NCBI RefSeq assembly: GCF_006345805.1
Contig: NC_043010.1
Span: 35,836,001-35,900,000 of the forward strand
Length of the DNA stretch: 64,000 nucleotides
DNA from: Octopus sinensis
Taxonomy: Eukaryota
Direction of reading: 5' to 3'
Each line of letters opens with the position of its first letter. Positions within the stretch are counted from its first letter, which is position 1. Shown piece by piece: positions 38,551 through 52,505 of this stretch. The translations under genes were made by a program, and so were the position numbers. The notes below the pieces were generated by a model. The model was not told the DNA's origin. It saw only the letters and a program-made list of their open reading frames with translations, and did no database searches.

Positions 38551-40424
38551 GGTGAGGAAACGGCTTATATACAACAAAGCTTATTGGTATGAATTTTCTA
38601 AAGCTCTTTTAGGGACAAACGGTTTTCACAATGAATTCCAATATTCCAATTTAATCGGAATTTATATGATCTGAAGCATTTTTGTAGAAAAGAAATATTT
38701 AATTTTCTCAAGGGTACAATAGTGTAGATATGCCGAAATATTTATATATATACGAGGATGTATATAAAACTAACTCTGTAAAAATGTATGTGTGTGTGTG
38801 TATATTTGTATGTTTCTGTATGCATTTATACATGTATATGTATAAGTTTCAGAAGATTTTAGAATAATGGAATAAAAGTCAGTCATAATGAGAGAGCTCT
38901 CAAAAATCTATTTCCTTAATTTTTAACTAGTGTTTCTAGCACACATATTTACGCAATTTTGATTTTGAAGTGTTTAAAAAATTATTTGGAAATTATTTGG
39001 AAAGTATAAATAGAAACGAATGGTAGATTCGGAGTGTCCGTATTTTAAAACCACGAATTAAAATAAAAAGTTGTGTGTGTCAAACTTTTTCTCCAGAGGT
39101 TCATGGCTTCATAGCGTGGAAAACTGCATCAAAATAACCAATTTTCAGATTTTTTACTTACTTTAAAAAAATGCAGATTTTGTGAGAGGGACAAACTAGA
39201 TCCTGAATAAGAAATGAATGTTTAATATGACAAATTTTCAGATTTTTTTACGTCATTTTAAAAGGGGGTTGATTTTGTGACTCAAACTAACTAGATCCAA
39301 GTACAGTGAATACCATCCTCCACAATTTGTTATTCATATGAAGTACATATGTATTTCAACAATTTCTATCAAATACACTCTCTTTCTTGAGTATAAAAAA
39401 TCCTCGTGTCAGATTTGTTGCACAAGTTGTAGCTGTTTTGATAAGGGAAATCAGAAAGGTTTGAAATGATCTCATCTGCATTTACTTGTACCAAGGAGCA
39501 CTCTTTCGATAGACAACACGTGGATCTCATAAGTGTCGCGTGGTGGAAATAAACGTAATTACCAAACTTCCAATTCATTATTTCATTTTTTTTTACATTT
39601 CAATTTGTACATCTGTACTCCCGACTGCGTACAAGCGTATATGTAAAACGATGTCCTTTATTTTTTAATCATTATCTGCTGATATCAAAATAAATAGTAT
39701 ATTGAAAAATAAAAATATTTTCGGGGTGGGGTGGAGTGGGGGTATTTTTGGCTCCAAGGGTCAAAAGGGGACCTTTGGCCAAAATGGGTGGGAACCTTTG
39801 ATCTATTCCATCGACCTCAGTACTTGACAAGTACTTTATTTTCTCGGTTGATAAACCCCGAGAGGATGAAAAGCAAAGTTGATCTCGGCGGAATTTGAAC
39901 TCAGATGCTTTAACAATTCTGCCCATCCACGACTTTTTAATAATTGCTTCTAATATAGACACAAGGTATGAAAATTAAGGTTATAGATCGTCGGTTATAT
40001 CAACCCCAGGACTTGACTATTGCTTATTTTATCATCCTCAGTACTTTACAGGTAGTGTATTTCATCGATACTGAAAGAGTCAAAAGTGAATTTGACTTTG
40101 GTTTAGAACTCATATCGTTCTAAACCAAACGTATTCTCATTGGCACACTGACGACTCTACCAATGGCATAAAACAGTGAGCTTACATTTGTTCTGGTGTT
40201 TCACAAAAAAGCATAGTCTTGCAATGCAATAGAAATTATACAGAGCTATATTTAAACAGGCTCTTAGAAAATGAATCTGCAAAATCTTGTGAGATTTTAA
40301 TATCGAAACCGTCGATCAGCGCCACTTCAATGCATGGGCACTTTGAGAAGTTGCCTGGGGTGGGTGTCACGGTCAAGGACCCCAATGCTAATTGTGGCTT
40401 GTTGTTAAGACCACCTTACCATTG

Positions 40425-40830
40425 GCCAAAGATTGTTGACATCGAGAAAAAGGCAGGAAAATGTTACTGTAAAGATGAGGCCATTTCAGGTGATAATAGT
40501 ATAGTCATTAAGGAGCACGAAAAAGAAAATTGATAATAATTCGGGAAGTTTCAATAGGAAATATCAAGAATGTGGAACACACAAGCTAAAGCTGTGCTAA
40601 TAGTAAGCGATGTCCTTGGATCAATTCCTAATAAGATAGCATCATACATCAACAAGTTAAATATGCCATCCAACATTATATCATTATACAAGTTTGTAGC
40701 ACTTCTGGGAATTGGTAACTTACTGCAAAATATCATTTCTGCCGGAGGGTATCTGGCTCGAAGGAAAGCACTTAATATGTACTCCGTTAAGAGCTTAATC
40801 GGTGTTAGTAGAAATAATAACAACAGTAAT
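40425..40830 (+). mobile_element. Degenerate R4-clade RLE/C-terminal fragment followed by (TAA)n
   Basis: PKIVDIEKKAGKCYCKDEAISGD..KEHEK, then MWNTQAKAVLIVSDVLGSIP...VALLGIGNLLQNII resemble the R4 RLE and C-terminus. (AAT)n follows at about 40835-40907. Confidence 0.65.
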
Positions 40831-40835
40831 AATTA

Positions 40836-40905
<70 letters not shown>

Positions 40906-40963
40906 CTATTCTACTATAGGCACAGGGCCAGGATTTTGTGCACACACACACACACACACACAC

Positions 40964-40994
<31 letters not shown>

Positions 40995-41022
40995 GATGTA
41001 TGCATGTATGTATGTAAATATA

Positions 41023-41152
41023 CAGAGTGTCCCAAAAAAATGTATACAAATAGTGGTTCGGCAAAAGAGAACGATAGAATAAGTACTAGGCTTACAAAGA
41101 ATAACAAATTTACAATTATTTAAGGTGTGTATACATTTTTTGGGACACCCTG
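41023..41152. mobile_element. Tc1/mariner-type MITE (TA TSD) carrying a SINE-B fragment
   Basis: TA|cagagtgtcccaaaaaaatgtatac ... gtatacattttttgggacaccctg|TA. Internal 41055-41105 matches SINE-B ggttcggcaaaagag..gatagaataagtactaggcttacaaagaataa. Confidence 0.85.
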
Positions 41153-41162
41153 TATATATATA

Positions 41163-41221
<59 letters not shown>

Positions 41222-41755
41222 CATAAATATTATTTATATTATACATATGTGTGTGTATATTTATTTATACACATATATAAAGACCTATATACTTCCTTAA
41301 TACATTTACATGGACAAATATCGTTCGTGCCTGCACACGTATACACACACACACACACACACACGTAAATACGAATGCAACAGTTAAGTAAAAGTATTGA
41401 TTATCCATCCAGCTGTAGTATTTAATGTCATGTCCTTGGGCAAGGCATTTCATGTCCCTGCCCCGTAGTCAGGGGTGTGTAAGATACATTGCAATGGTCT
41501 GTACGTAGTAACATCGGTAAAGCCCGCGAACTGCTCCTGGCCTTTACGAAACTCTGTCACTATAACTTTACTCACGTCCTTATATATTTTGTTTTGTTTT
41601 GTTTTTCTTTTCGTAATTCTGCATGTTATTTGAATGTTTACTGTTGTCTGGCCTTTCCACTTTTCTTTTTTTCTTCCTCTTCCTCCACCTCCTCCTCCTC
41701 CTGCTCTTCTTCTTCTCCTTCTTCTTCACATCCTACTGCTTTAAACGAGGAAGTG

Positions 41756-41828
<73 letters not shown>

Positions 41829-41997
41829 GTATATATATATAATATTAATTAAGGGTAGAAATTGATATTCATCAATTAAGACCAGTGGTCTAGCATATGT
41901 TTGAGTTTGATCTGAGACATAATCTTTTGTGGTGAATGGCGATTTGACGTCTATATCGCATGTTGACTGTCCACTTTTCGTGTTCAGTCCTTAATTG

Positions 41998-42106
<109 letters not shown>

Positions 42107-42152
42107 AGATATAATATAATATATATAATATATAATTATATATGTAATGTAT

Positions 42153-42192
<40 letters not shown>

Positions 42193-42902
42193 AGGAGCAT
42201 TCGGTCGGTTACGACGACGAGGGTTCCAGCTGATACGATCAACGGAACAGCCTGCTCGTGCAAGTGATTGAGTAATCCACAGACACGTGTACGTACCCCT
42301 AACGGAGTTAGGGAGATTCAGCGTAACATAGAGTGCGACAAAGCCGGCCCTTTGAAATACAGGTACAAATGATTTTTGCCAGCTGAGTGGACTGGAGCAA
42401 CGTGAAATAAAGTGTCTTGCTCAAGGAGACAACGCGTCGCCGGGAATCGAACTCACGACCTTACAATCGTGAGCCGAATGCCCTAACCACTAAGCCACGC
42501 ATATTATATATAAATTTACACACATCTATCTATGTATCTATCTCTCTATCTGTGCATCTTTGTATCTGTGTTTGTCCACCACTCGACAACCGACCTAGAT
42601 GTTTTTACGATCCCGTAACTTAGCGGTTCGCCAAAAAGGATTCCACAAAATAAGTACGAGGATTCTAAGAAAAAAATAAGTACTTCAAGGCCGTGCTCCG
42701 GCATGGCCGCAGTCTAATGACGGAAAGAAGTGAAAGCTAAAGTAAAGGTAAAAGTATGCCTGAAAACAAAATCGATGAAACCGTGATGACTGGAACGAAT
42801 TACTTTGGACCATGGACCATCTGCCTGGTTAAAGGTGACCTGTGGTTAAATAACAAAAGCAACAACGTCAACAAGCAGCACCAACAACAACGATAGAGTT
42901 AA

Positions 42903-43290
42903 TCTTTATATATAAAAGTCAAGTTGTGTGTCTGTCTCCTACGATTTAGATTCCTAACTACTCCCACATTTTGCGGTGCAGTTTAACCAAAACCGGGTAT
43001 CTTATAGTCGTGATTCATATCGAGCCCTTCTGGGTATTAGCGCGCGTCTACGATGAGTCTACAATTTTTTAAAAAATTTACCATAATTTTATTCCATTTT
43101 AATGCATTTTTTCGCCATTATATAAGGGAAGTAACTCTCTAAAAATGTCTTCGATGAGTCAACGATTTAAAAAAAAAATTTACCATAATTTTCTTTCCAT
43201 TTTTTAGCTATATTTTGGCTATAACTCTCTAAAAATGCTTATATAGTTATTTCCCTTACAAACCCGAGCAACGCCGGGCGATACTGCTAG
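42903..43290 (+). mobile_element. Non-autonomous Helitron
   Basis: Starts A|TCTTTATATATAAAA and ends with hairpin CCCG-agcaacgc-CGGG then CTAG|T. Confidence 0.8.
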
Positions 43291-43926
43291 TGTAATATAA
43301 ATATAAATTAATGTTGATGGTGAAGATGGTGGTGGTGTCGGTGGTGGTGGTGGTGGTGGTGGTGGTGGTGGTGGTGGTAATGATGGTTGTAATGGTGGTG
43401 GTTGTGGTAATGGTTGTGGTGATTGTGGTGGTGGTGGTGGTGGTGGTGGTAGAAGTGATGGTGGTGTTAGATGAAGGATGGGTGGACAATAAATCAGCCG
43501 ACATTTATGATTTCACACTTGGTTATCTTGGCGCAAGGCGGTGATGGCCGGGTGATGGCGTCGGCAGCGGCGGCGGCGGCGGCAGCAGCGGCAGCGGCAG
43601 AGACGGTGGTAGTGGTAGTGGTGGTGGTGTTGGAGGAACACCTGAAGTCGACATCTAAAGAGGTTATCTGGGTTATTGATGGAAAGGAGGTGGTGGAGTG
43701 GGATAGTTGGTTTCAGTCACCCCCACCATGTTTGTGGAGTGGCCATTGACAGAAGCGGAGATAACAGAGAAAAACAAATAGATCGTCGACTTAGACGTCA
43801 CCGTCGTCGTCATCGCCGTCGTCGTCATCGTCGTCGTCATTGTCATCGTCATCATCCTCGACATCATCATCACCACCATCATCATCATCATCACCACCAT
43901 CATCATCATCGTCGTCATCATCACCG

Positions 43927-44011
<85 letters not shown>

Positions 44012-44540
44012 TATCATCATCATCATTATCATCGTCATCATCATCATCGGTATCGGCGGCGTCCTCATCGTAATCGTTTACGTTGTCGTCATCATTATCG
44101 CTAATATTATCGTCAGTTTCATTATCATCATCGTCGTCGTCATTACCATCAACATTGTCATCGACATCATCATCATCGTTATCATTATCATAATTATAAT
44201 CATAATCATCATCGTCATCATCATCATTATCATCGTCATCTACCTCACCATCATCCCTGTCGTCATCATCGTATAGTCATCTTCACCATTACCATTAGCA
44301 TAATCGTCGATACACATTGCACGCGCACACTTATGTACGTGTGTGTGTGTGTGTGTGTGTGTGCGTGTGCGGGCGCGGATGTTCGTGTGTATGTGTGTGT
44401 CTGCGTGCGTATGTGCGTGTGTGCTGTGTGTGTGTTCAAATCCGAAAAAGGAAAAAGGTGAAAGATAAAAAAAAAAGAGAATGTTGGGGAAATTTAAATA
44501 AGAAACAGCTAATTAGAGAAAAATACAGAAAATGTGTGTG

Positions 44541-44583
<43 letters not shown>

Positions 44584-44915
44584 CTGTGTGTGTGTGTGTT
44601 CGTGTGTGTTTGTGTGCGTTTGTGTGTGTTTTGCTGAAAGGCAGTCTGTAGATTTCATACAAGAGTTGGATAAGCTCATTTGCTGCGAAGAGTGAAGGAT
44701 ATCGCTAAGAATGCGGTTGCTGTTATTGTTGTTGTTGTTGTAGTTGCATACCCTAGCTCAGCCATATTAGAGAGGCACTAAAATATTAGATGTTCAAGAT
44801 ATCTCCTTTTCTCTCTCTCCCTCTCACTCACTCTTTATGTCTCTCTTTCGACAAATGTAATTAGAACTAGATTATCTAATATACACTTTGTGTGTGTATG
44901 TGAGTGTGTGTGTGT

Positions 44916-44988
<73 letters not shown>

Positions 44989-45606
44989 CGAGCGCGCGCC
45001 TTTCTGTTTGTGTCCGCCCCAACACTACTTCACAGCCAGTACTGGTTTTGTTTACGTTTCCGTAACTTAGCGCTTCGTCAGAAGATTCCAACAGAATAGG
45101 TATCGAACTTTGAATAACCAAAGTAATTACTGGCGGCAATTTATTCAACTAAATCCTCCAAGACGGTGCTCCAGCATGGCTGTAGTCCAATGAGCGAAAC
45201 AAGCAAAAGATAAAACGCTGGATTGAATCTATTGTGAATTTAAATATATTTTTAAAGAACTCGGAGAGAATTGTGGCAATTTATAGAACAGTTGTGAGTC
45301 TTTCTGACTAAGCATAGGTTCCATACTCAAGACTTCTTTGATTTGAAAGATGGAGAGAAACTCTTTGTAGACTTTACAGGCTTTTTAATATGATAGAACT
45401 AGAGATATCTCTGTTATGGGACATTGAGACGTCACTACTTCCATAGTTTCGTCGTTTATAAAGGCATATGCTACGTGTTGTGTTGGCGAGAATAATCATG
45501 GTCCTCCGGTCCCCCGCGCAGCTGATCCTCTGTTGAAGTAGTGCTGAATGAGACGGTTAGGCATTCAACCTGTTTGGGCAACAATACATTTTGGCACTAA
45601 AGTCAA

Positions 45607-45653
<47 letters not shown>

Positions 45654-46543
45654 ACACACATACATACTGACGCACTCACGCAAAAACTATAGATATGCAG
45701 AGTAGGGGAGAGAAAGAGAGGGAGAGAGAGATATTACACATACAAACGTAACTAGATAACTAGAAGCACACACGCATAAGCAGAGAAAGGGCGAGAGTAG
45801 GGAGAGTAAGAGAGAAACATTAAAACGGCCTAGGTCACATAAGTCAGCGTTGAATCAGCGTTGCTGAAACGACTTTTACAAAACGTTTAAAAACCGAAGA
45901 ATAAGTGATAGTTTCCATCAATCGTCAGTAAATAAATGATTATTCATTGCAGAATCGATTGCTTTCATGCATTTTACAATAATGATTTTAAATCTTTAAT
46001 AAAAATGAACAGCTGAACTATAACTGTCGCCAGCATTTATCTTTATTGCACTTAATATGTAATGACAAAACCAACAGCCACTCTAGACAAATGTTGGAAA
46101 CACTGATTGTTTATCAGTAACACCGAAGACAATATATATATTTCAACAAGCAACATTTTTATGGAGACAGTGACAAAACAAATGACACAAAACTTATTGG
46201 CAGCAATAAAGGCGTGATTATTGCGTCATCACTTTGTATATATTTCTTTTCATAATAAATCTCGTAAGACTAAGCCATTTTTTTTTATTTTTGTGTATGT
46301 AATGTTACTATATAAAACAATATACAAACTACATCCGCTTCATTGTGCATTGGTGGGTTCAAATTTGCAATTTGTCTCTACTTTCGGTGTCCTTGTGGAA
46401 ACCACCCTCCCCCTTTTCATCATCCGCACCAACATCATCATCATCATCACCATCACCATCATCGTCGTCGTTGTCTTCATTGTTATCATTGTCATCATCA
46501 TCATCACCACCATGATCATCATCAAGTTTGTACATGCTAATTT

Positions 46544-46955
46544 AGCTGGCAGAAACGTTAGCACGCCGGGCGAAATGCGTAGCCGTATTTCGTCTGCCGT
46601 TACGTTCTGAGTTCAAATTCTGCCGAGGTCGACTTTACCTTTCATCCTTTCGGGGTCGATTAAATAAGTACCAGTTACGCACTGGGGTCGATATAATCGA
46701 CTTAATCCGTTTGTCTGCCCTTGTTTCTCCCCTCTGTGTGTAGCCCCGTGTGGACAGTAAAGAAATAGGTATTTCGTCTGCCGCTACGTTCTGAGTTCAA
46801 ATTCCGCCGAGGTTGACTTTGCCTTTCATCCTTTCGGGGTCGATTAAATAAGTACCAGTTACGCACTGGAGTCGATATAATCGACTTAATCCGTTTGTCT
46901 GTCCTTGTTTGTCCACTCTGTGTGTAGCCCCTTGTGGGCAGTAAAGAAATAAGTA
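46544..46955 (+). mobile_element. SINE-A dimer (A1 + headless A1)
   Basis: The second unit starts at gtatttcg (46769), directly after gtaaagaaatag. Confidence 0.85.
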
Positions 46956-46964
46956 ACGTTATAT

Positions 46965-47155
46965 CGAGGTTTGGTGACAAGTTTCCTCAATTCTGAAGAA
47001 TCTTTCTTAGGATTCTTGCCAAACATAGGATGGCATTTTTCAGCAGATTGAGAATACGAGTTTCAATTACAATATCTTTCAGTCTTTTAGCTAGCATTTT
47101 GGGTGTTTTGCCAGGTGCACCAATTACCACCAGAATAATTTCTATACCATATATA
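46965..47155 (-). mobile_element. R4-clade C-terminal fragment
   Basis: Minus-strand peptide IILVVIGAPGKTPKMLAKRLKDIVIETRILNLLKNAILCLARILRKILQN* resembles the R4 C-terminus (VVIGALG...A.LG.ARILR). Confidence 0.7.
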
Positions 47156-47902
47156 CGTGTGTAAAGGTGTGTTTGTGTGTATGAACTAACACATACGTAA
47201 TACAAATACACACACACATAAATACATACATACATACATACATACATACATACATACATACATACATACATACATACATACATACATACATACATACGAA
47301 CTGTATATAACTTAAAGACAAGCATATTTTGAAACCCTCTAAACTGCAGTATTTGACTCAAGAAAAAATGTGTAATAGAAGTTATGGTGCTTCGAAAGAC
47401 ACAGAAATGTATCAGTAACGGAAGAAAATCAAAATGCACAGCAGTAGAGGTGGTATTTTCGGCTGGTGTTGCTGATATATTTCAGGCTAGCTTCCTTTAT
47501 TTTTCTGTGTAGTAGAGAAAAATAAGATGTATTTATATCTGTCTTAAGTCTGACAGAGAAAAGTTACAAACGTTAGTTTATCTATCTTAACAACTCAACA
47601 CACATTCACTCAAATATATTTAATAATATATTTTTATACATGCAAGCACACACACATACATACATGGATAGATACATACACATATGTATGTATATATACT
47701 CTTTTACTCTTTTACTTGTTTCAGTCATTTGACTGCGGCCATGCTGGAGCACCGCCTTTAGTCAAACAAATCGACTTCAAGACTTATTGTTTGTAAGCCT
47801 AGTACTTATTCTATCAGTCTCTTGCCGAATCACTAAGTTACGGGGACGTAAACACGCCAACATCGGTTGTCAAGCGATGTTTGGGGGACAAATACAAACA
47901 CA

Positions 47903-47960
<58 letters not shown>

Positions 47961-48150
47961 TATATACATATATACGACGGGCTTCTTTCAGTTTCCGTCT
48001 ACCAAATCCACTCACAAGGCTTTGGTCGGCCCGAGGCTATAGTAGAAGACACTTGCCCAAGATGCCACGTAGTGGGACTGAGCCCGAAACCATGTGGTTG
48101 GGAAGTAAGCTTCTCACCACACAGCTACTCCTACGCATATATTCAAATAT

Positions 48151-48546
48151 ATCCAAATTGAGGGAGTGGAAGAAGAGGTAAAAATCAAGGCTACATATGT
48201 TTCCTAGTTATCAGGTCTTCTGATGTAATGATTTCTCAGCGAGGAGTACTCAGTTAGCTATTCATCAAGCCGAAGATACCTTAATTATATGAAGATTACA
48301 TTGTCAATTGGGAATCCCAAACTAACTCACCGAAGATGTGTTTTGAAATGATTTGAAACCATGTCTTCGATGAGTTAACTTGAGTTTCCCAAACGGCAAT
48401 GTACCCTTCATATAATTAAGATATCATCGGCCTGATGGGTAGCTAGTGGAGTAACCTTCGTTGACTAATTATTACATCAGAGGATCTGCTAGCTAGGAAT
48501 CATATGTAGCCTGTATTTTTACCTGTTCCACTCCCTAACTTTGGAT
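48151..48546. repeat. ~396-bp imperfect palindrome with essentially no spacer
   Basis: The left arm aligns almost gap-free to the reverse complement of the right arm, centred on aaat-g-attt at 48350. Confidence 0.85.
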
Positions 48547-49079
48547 TATCATTCGCATTCATCGTAACTCTAGCTGCTGACCGTGAGCTACACATAATTT
48601 TTTTCAGCTTATCGAACATTCACACAGAAGAAGTTTCCAATCTTCGACGATAATAAATTATTATTGTTCCAGAATGTTATTTTCTATACCTTCCACGGAC
48701 TGCTTGAAGCTTACAAACTTCCTACATTTAGATCCTTAGATCTTACAATTACATATCGATACACGCACACACAGGCATGTATATATATATACACATATTC
48801 ATACATAAGTATATATGTATGTATGCATCATGCATGTATGTATGCATTCATGCATGCATGTATGTATATATACTCTTTTACTCTTTTACTTGTTTCAGTC
48901 ACTTGACTGCGGCCATGCTGGAGCACCGCCTTTAGTCGAGCAAATCGACCCCGGGACTTATTCTCTGTAAGCCCAGTACTTATTCTATCGGTTTCTTTTG
49001 CCGAACCGCTAAGTGATGGGGACGTAAACACCAGCATCGGTTGTCAAGCAATGCTAGGGGGACAAACACAGACACACAA

Positions 49080-49120
<41 letters not shown>

Positions 49121-49324
49121 TATATATATATACATATATACGACAGGCTTCTTTCAGTTTCCGTCTACCAAATCCACTCACAAGGCATTGGTCGGCCCGG
49201 GTCTATAGCAGAAGACACTTGCCCAAGGTGCCACACAGTGGGACTGAACCCAGAACCATGTGGTTTGTTTGCAAGCTACTTACCACACAGCCACTCCTGT
49301 ATGCATTTATTCTGTATGTAGTTG

Positions 49325-49560
49325 AAATTTACAGAAAAACAAAGACGAAGACATGTGTATGAACAACAAGCAGGTGTATTAGTTTGACGCTTGGAATTTG
49401 TTCCTTATGCAGTGTGGGTCTCCGTTTACGTGACATACTTGTCTCTCCTATGTAGTTGTGTCCACAACCTGAACAAGTTATAACATAAATTAAATTCTCG
49501 GATGCACAACTTGTTACATTTTCCTGCACATTTTGTTTGTACAGCCAGAATGTTTATACC
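49325..49560 (-). mobile_element. Penelope-like element fragment: GIY-YIG endonuclease start plus terminal-repeat-like segment
   Basis: SCASENLIYVITCSGCGHNYIGETS is a GIY-YIG motif. The adjacent gacgaagac...atgaacaacaag.c.ggtgtattagttt recurs at about 52410-52470. Confidence 0.8.
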
Positions 49561-49644
49561 ATACAAAACACGTTTAATGAGCCTTATTGCATGCACGTAA
49601 CTTATACTTGTGTGCATCTACAATTGTGTAACATGATATTAGAG

Positions 49645-50061
49645 GAGCGGTTCCCAACCATTTTTTGCACCATGGACCGGCTTCGTGCAAGACAATTTCT
49701 CTATGAACCATGGGATCTCATGCATAACAAAGCACAATAACGTGCATAATATATATATATATAATTTTATTATTATGTATACGATATTCATATATTACAT
49801 ATATAATACGTATGTAATAGTTTCAAATTTTGGCACAAGGCCATCAATATTGGGGGAGGGGAAAGTCGATTACATTGACCCCAGTACTAAGCATTTCGCC
49901 TGACCTGCTAGCTCACCGCTTTACAATATATATATAATGCAAAAAAAAGTACACTTTATTGACTACAAAAGTCAATAAAACAGAAATAAAATTTTTCAAA
50001 ATATAATTTTTTTCTGTGCGGGCCGGTACCAAATGTTTCATGGCCCAGTACTGGTTCGCGG
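49645..50061 (+). mobile_element. hAT-Charlie-like MITE relic interrupted by simple repeats and a SINE-A fragment
   Basis: The 5' end gcggttcccaaccattttttgcaccatggaccgg..tcgtg.aagacaattt and the 3' end ttttttctgtgcgg.ccggtacc...ggcccagtactgg resemble MER1-type hAT MITE ends (recalled, not searched). Confidence 0.55.
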
Positions 50062-50159
50062 TATAAGATAAGTGAGCGGTTAATAATAATAATAATGATG
50101 ATAATAATAATAATAATAATAATAGTAATAATAATAATAATAATATAATAATAATAATA

Positions 50160-50197
<38 letters not shown>

Positions 50198-50267
50198 TAA
50201 TAATAATAATAATAAAGGGGCTGATTGCTACCTAGCTACTGATTGCTACCAGGAAACCCCAAAATGG

Positions 50268-50422
50268 CAGAATTTCACTACTAGGCACTGCACACATCCT
50301 ACGCAGAACACTTTCCATACAATAACCATCAGAGCATCACAACAAATCACAGCACATACCCAAGGCACACAGAGCTGCGCTCGGTAGTGAAGTGAAAGCA
50401 CTCTATAAAAAATATACTACTG
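50268..50422 (+). mobile_element. 3' end of the same R4/Dong-like family, heavily 5'-truncated
   Basis: Matches about 1612-1767 (ctactaggcactgc.cacatcctacgc ... gctgcgctcggt.gtgaagtgaaagcac ... actg). Flanked by (AAT)n at about 50083-50215 and 50423-50505. Confidence 0.85.
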
Positions 50423-50444
50423 AATAATAATAATAATAATAATG

Positions 50445-50507
<63 letters not shown>

Positions 50508-50765
50508 TAGCAATTAAATAAATAATTGATGAATTATGGAGGGTGGGTATATAACGTAATAAACAGATACTTGGTCCTATTGTTGCATATAGTTCTGCCT
50601 CCTTGTGCTTTCAAACGTCTTCACAATCATACGCTCTCCTTCGGAAAACACTCACCTAACCATTCATATCTACAAGCACATTCCTCCGCTCGTTATCCCC
50701 GACATATGTATTTGAAGGTGATGTGTATGTGTGTGTGTGTTGGAACGGGAGAAGTTGCGTCAGTT

Positions 50766-50804
<39 letters not shown>

Positions 50805-51070
50805 TTGACACTTCTCACTCGCAATAATATATAAAATATTTCCGCAGATTTGTTTTGATTTTCCTCAATAGATATCCAATGTAGTACTGGATGGAAAGAA
50901 ATAGTGCTACGCGTGTGTCACAATTAATACCAAAGACCCAATCTTCGACATCATCTTTTTGTTTGCTATATGTATAGAATTCTCTTCATCACATCTCCAA
51001 CTTTCATACTGTCTTTTTCTCTCCTTCACACACACACATACACACACACACACTCTCTCTCTCTCTCTGT

Positions 51071-51109
<39 letters not shown>

Positions 51110-51146
51110 ACATAAAAAATATATATGTAGTGGATCTATCTATCTA

Positions 51147-51198
<52 letters not shown>

Positions 51199-51513
51199 TG
51201 CATACATTCATTCATACATACATACATACATACCTACATACATACATACATACAATGCATGCATGCATGCATACAGACACACATATAACTTCCTCTATAA
51301 TTTCCCTGCCATACTGACTTTCGACATGATGCTCTCTGCTTTTGTTTGGTGTTAATGTCATTTGTTATCATTTTACTTGACCTCTGACATTTGACATGTT
51401 TTATTAAGTAGCCATATTATCGTCACACCTCTTCAATGTAATCTTTCGTATCAAATACAAACATGCAACGAAATAAAAAACATTTATTACACGTAACACG
51501 TGTAAACAATATA

Positions 51514-51550
<37 letters not shown>

Positions 51551-51859
51551 GTTCCTCCTTCTCGGGCCATGTCAGGCTCATGAGGGCCGGTTTCCCGGTT
51601 TCAGTGGCGTAGAAATTCCGCACCTGGACGGGACACCGGTCCATCGCAGGATTACTCATTTTTGCTGGCTGAGTGGACTGGAGCAACGTGAAACGAAGTG
51701 TCTTGCTCAAGAACACAACGCATCGCCCGGTCCAGTAATCGAAACCACAACCTTACGATCATGAATTCAACACCTTAACGACTAAGCCCACGCGCCTCCA
51801 TATATATAGATAGCTATTTAATCTTCTCTGCATCATCTTTTGAAATCTGACATTTTTTC

Positions 51860-51985
51860 TACCCTGATGACGGAGGCTTGATTCAACCTGGTGTTTATTT
51901 GCTTCCTTATGGCCTCCATATTACAGTGAATTACATTTACCAACATTATGATGGATCTCCGATACTCCAGAAACAGATGTTGGAC
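51860..51985 (+). ncRNA. Type I hammerhead-ribozyme-like motif
   Basis: CTGATGA-c-ggag...ctcc-a-GAAAC-agat-GT-T-gg: intact core boxes and a 4-bp stem II, but a weak stem I. Confidence 0.5.
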
Positions 51986-52167
51986 TTTATAACAATTTGC
52001 CTCTTCCCCATTAATTTTCTCTGTCGTTTTGTACTCTGTGTAAGTTTGATCTATTAATTCAAATATCTATATATTTATTCGTAAATATTCATCGTCTGAA
52101 AGACTTTAAATTTGCCTCTCTTCTGTTGGCATGTATACATACATACATACATACATACATACATACA

Positions 52168-52201
<34 letters not shown>

Positions 52202-52323
52202 CATACATACATACATATATACATACATATGTGTGCATGTGTGTGGGGGCGTGCCTGTGTGTGTGTTGCATATCAGATCCAAGGTGCTATATTTAATTCG
52301 TTTATCCGCATAATTGCCTACAT

Positions 52324-52384
<61 letters not shown>

Positions 52385-52404
52385 CGCATATATATATTGT
52401 TGAA

Positions 52405-52505
52405 ATTTATAGGAAAACAGAAGACGAAGACAGGAGTATGAACAACAAGCCGGTGTATTAGTTTGGCACTCGAGAAAGTGAAAATGTCTTTTACGTTTCG
52501 GACCT
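52405..52505 (-). mobile_element. Penelope-like terminal repeat fragment (same family as 49325)
   Basis: Shares sequence with 49330-49395 and contains acgtttcg, a motif typical of PLE terminal repeats. Confidence 0.55.

Noticed and set aside
39400-39580. Possible mariner N-terminal relic on the minus strand (EIH...APWY...CR.DHFK)
   Set aside because: It needs several frameshifts and the match is too degenerate.
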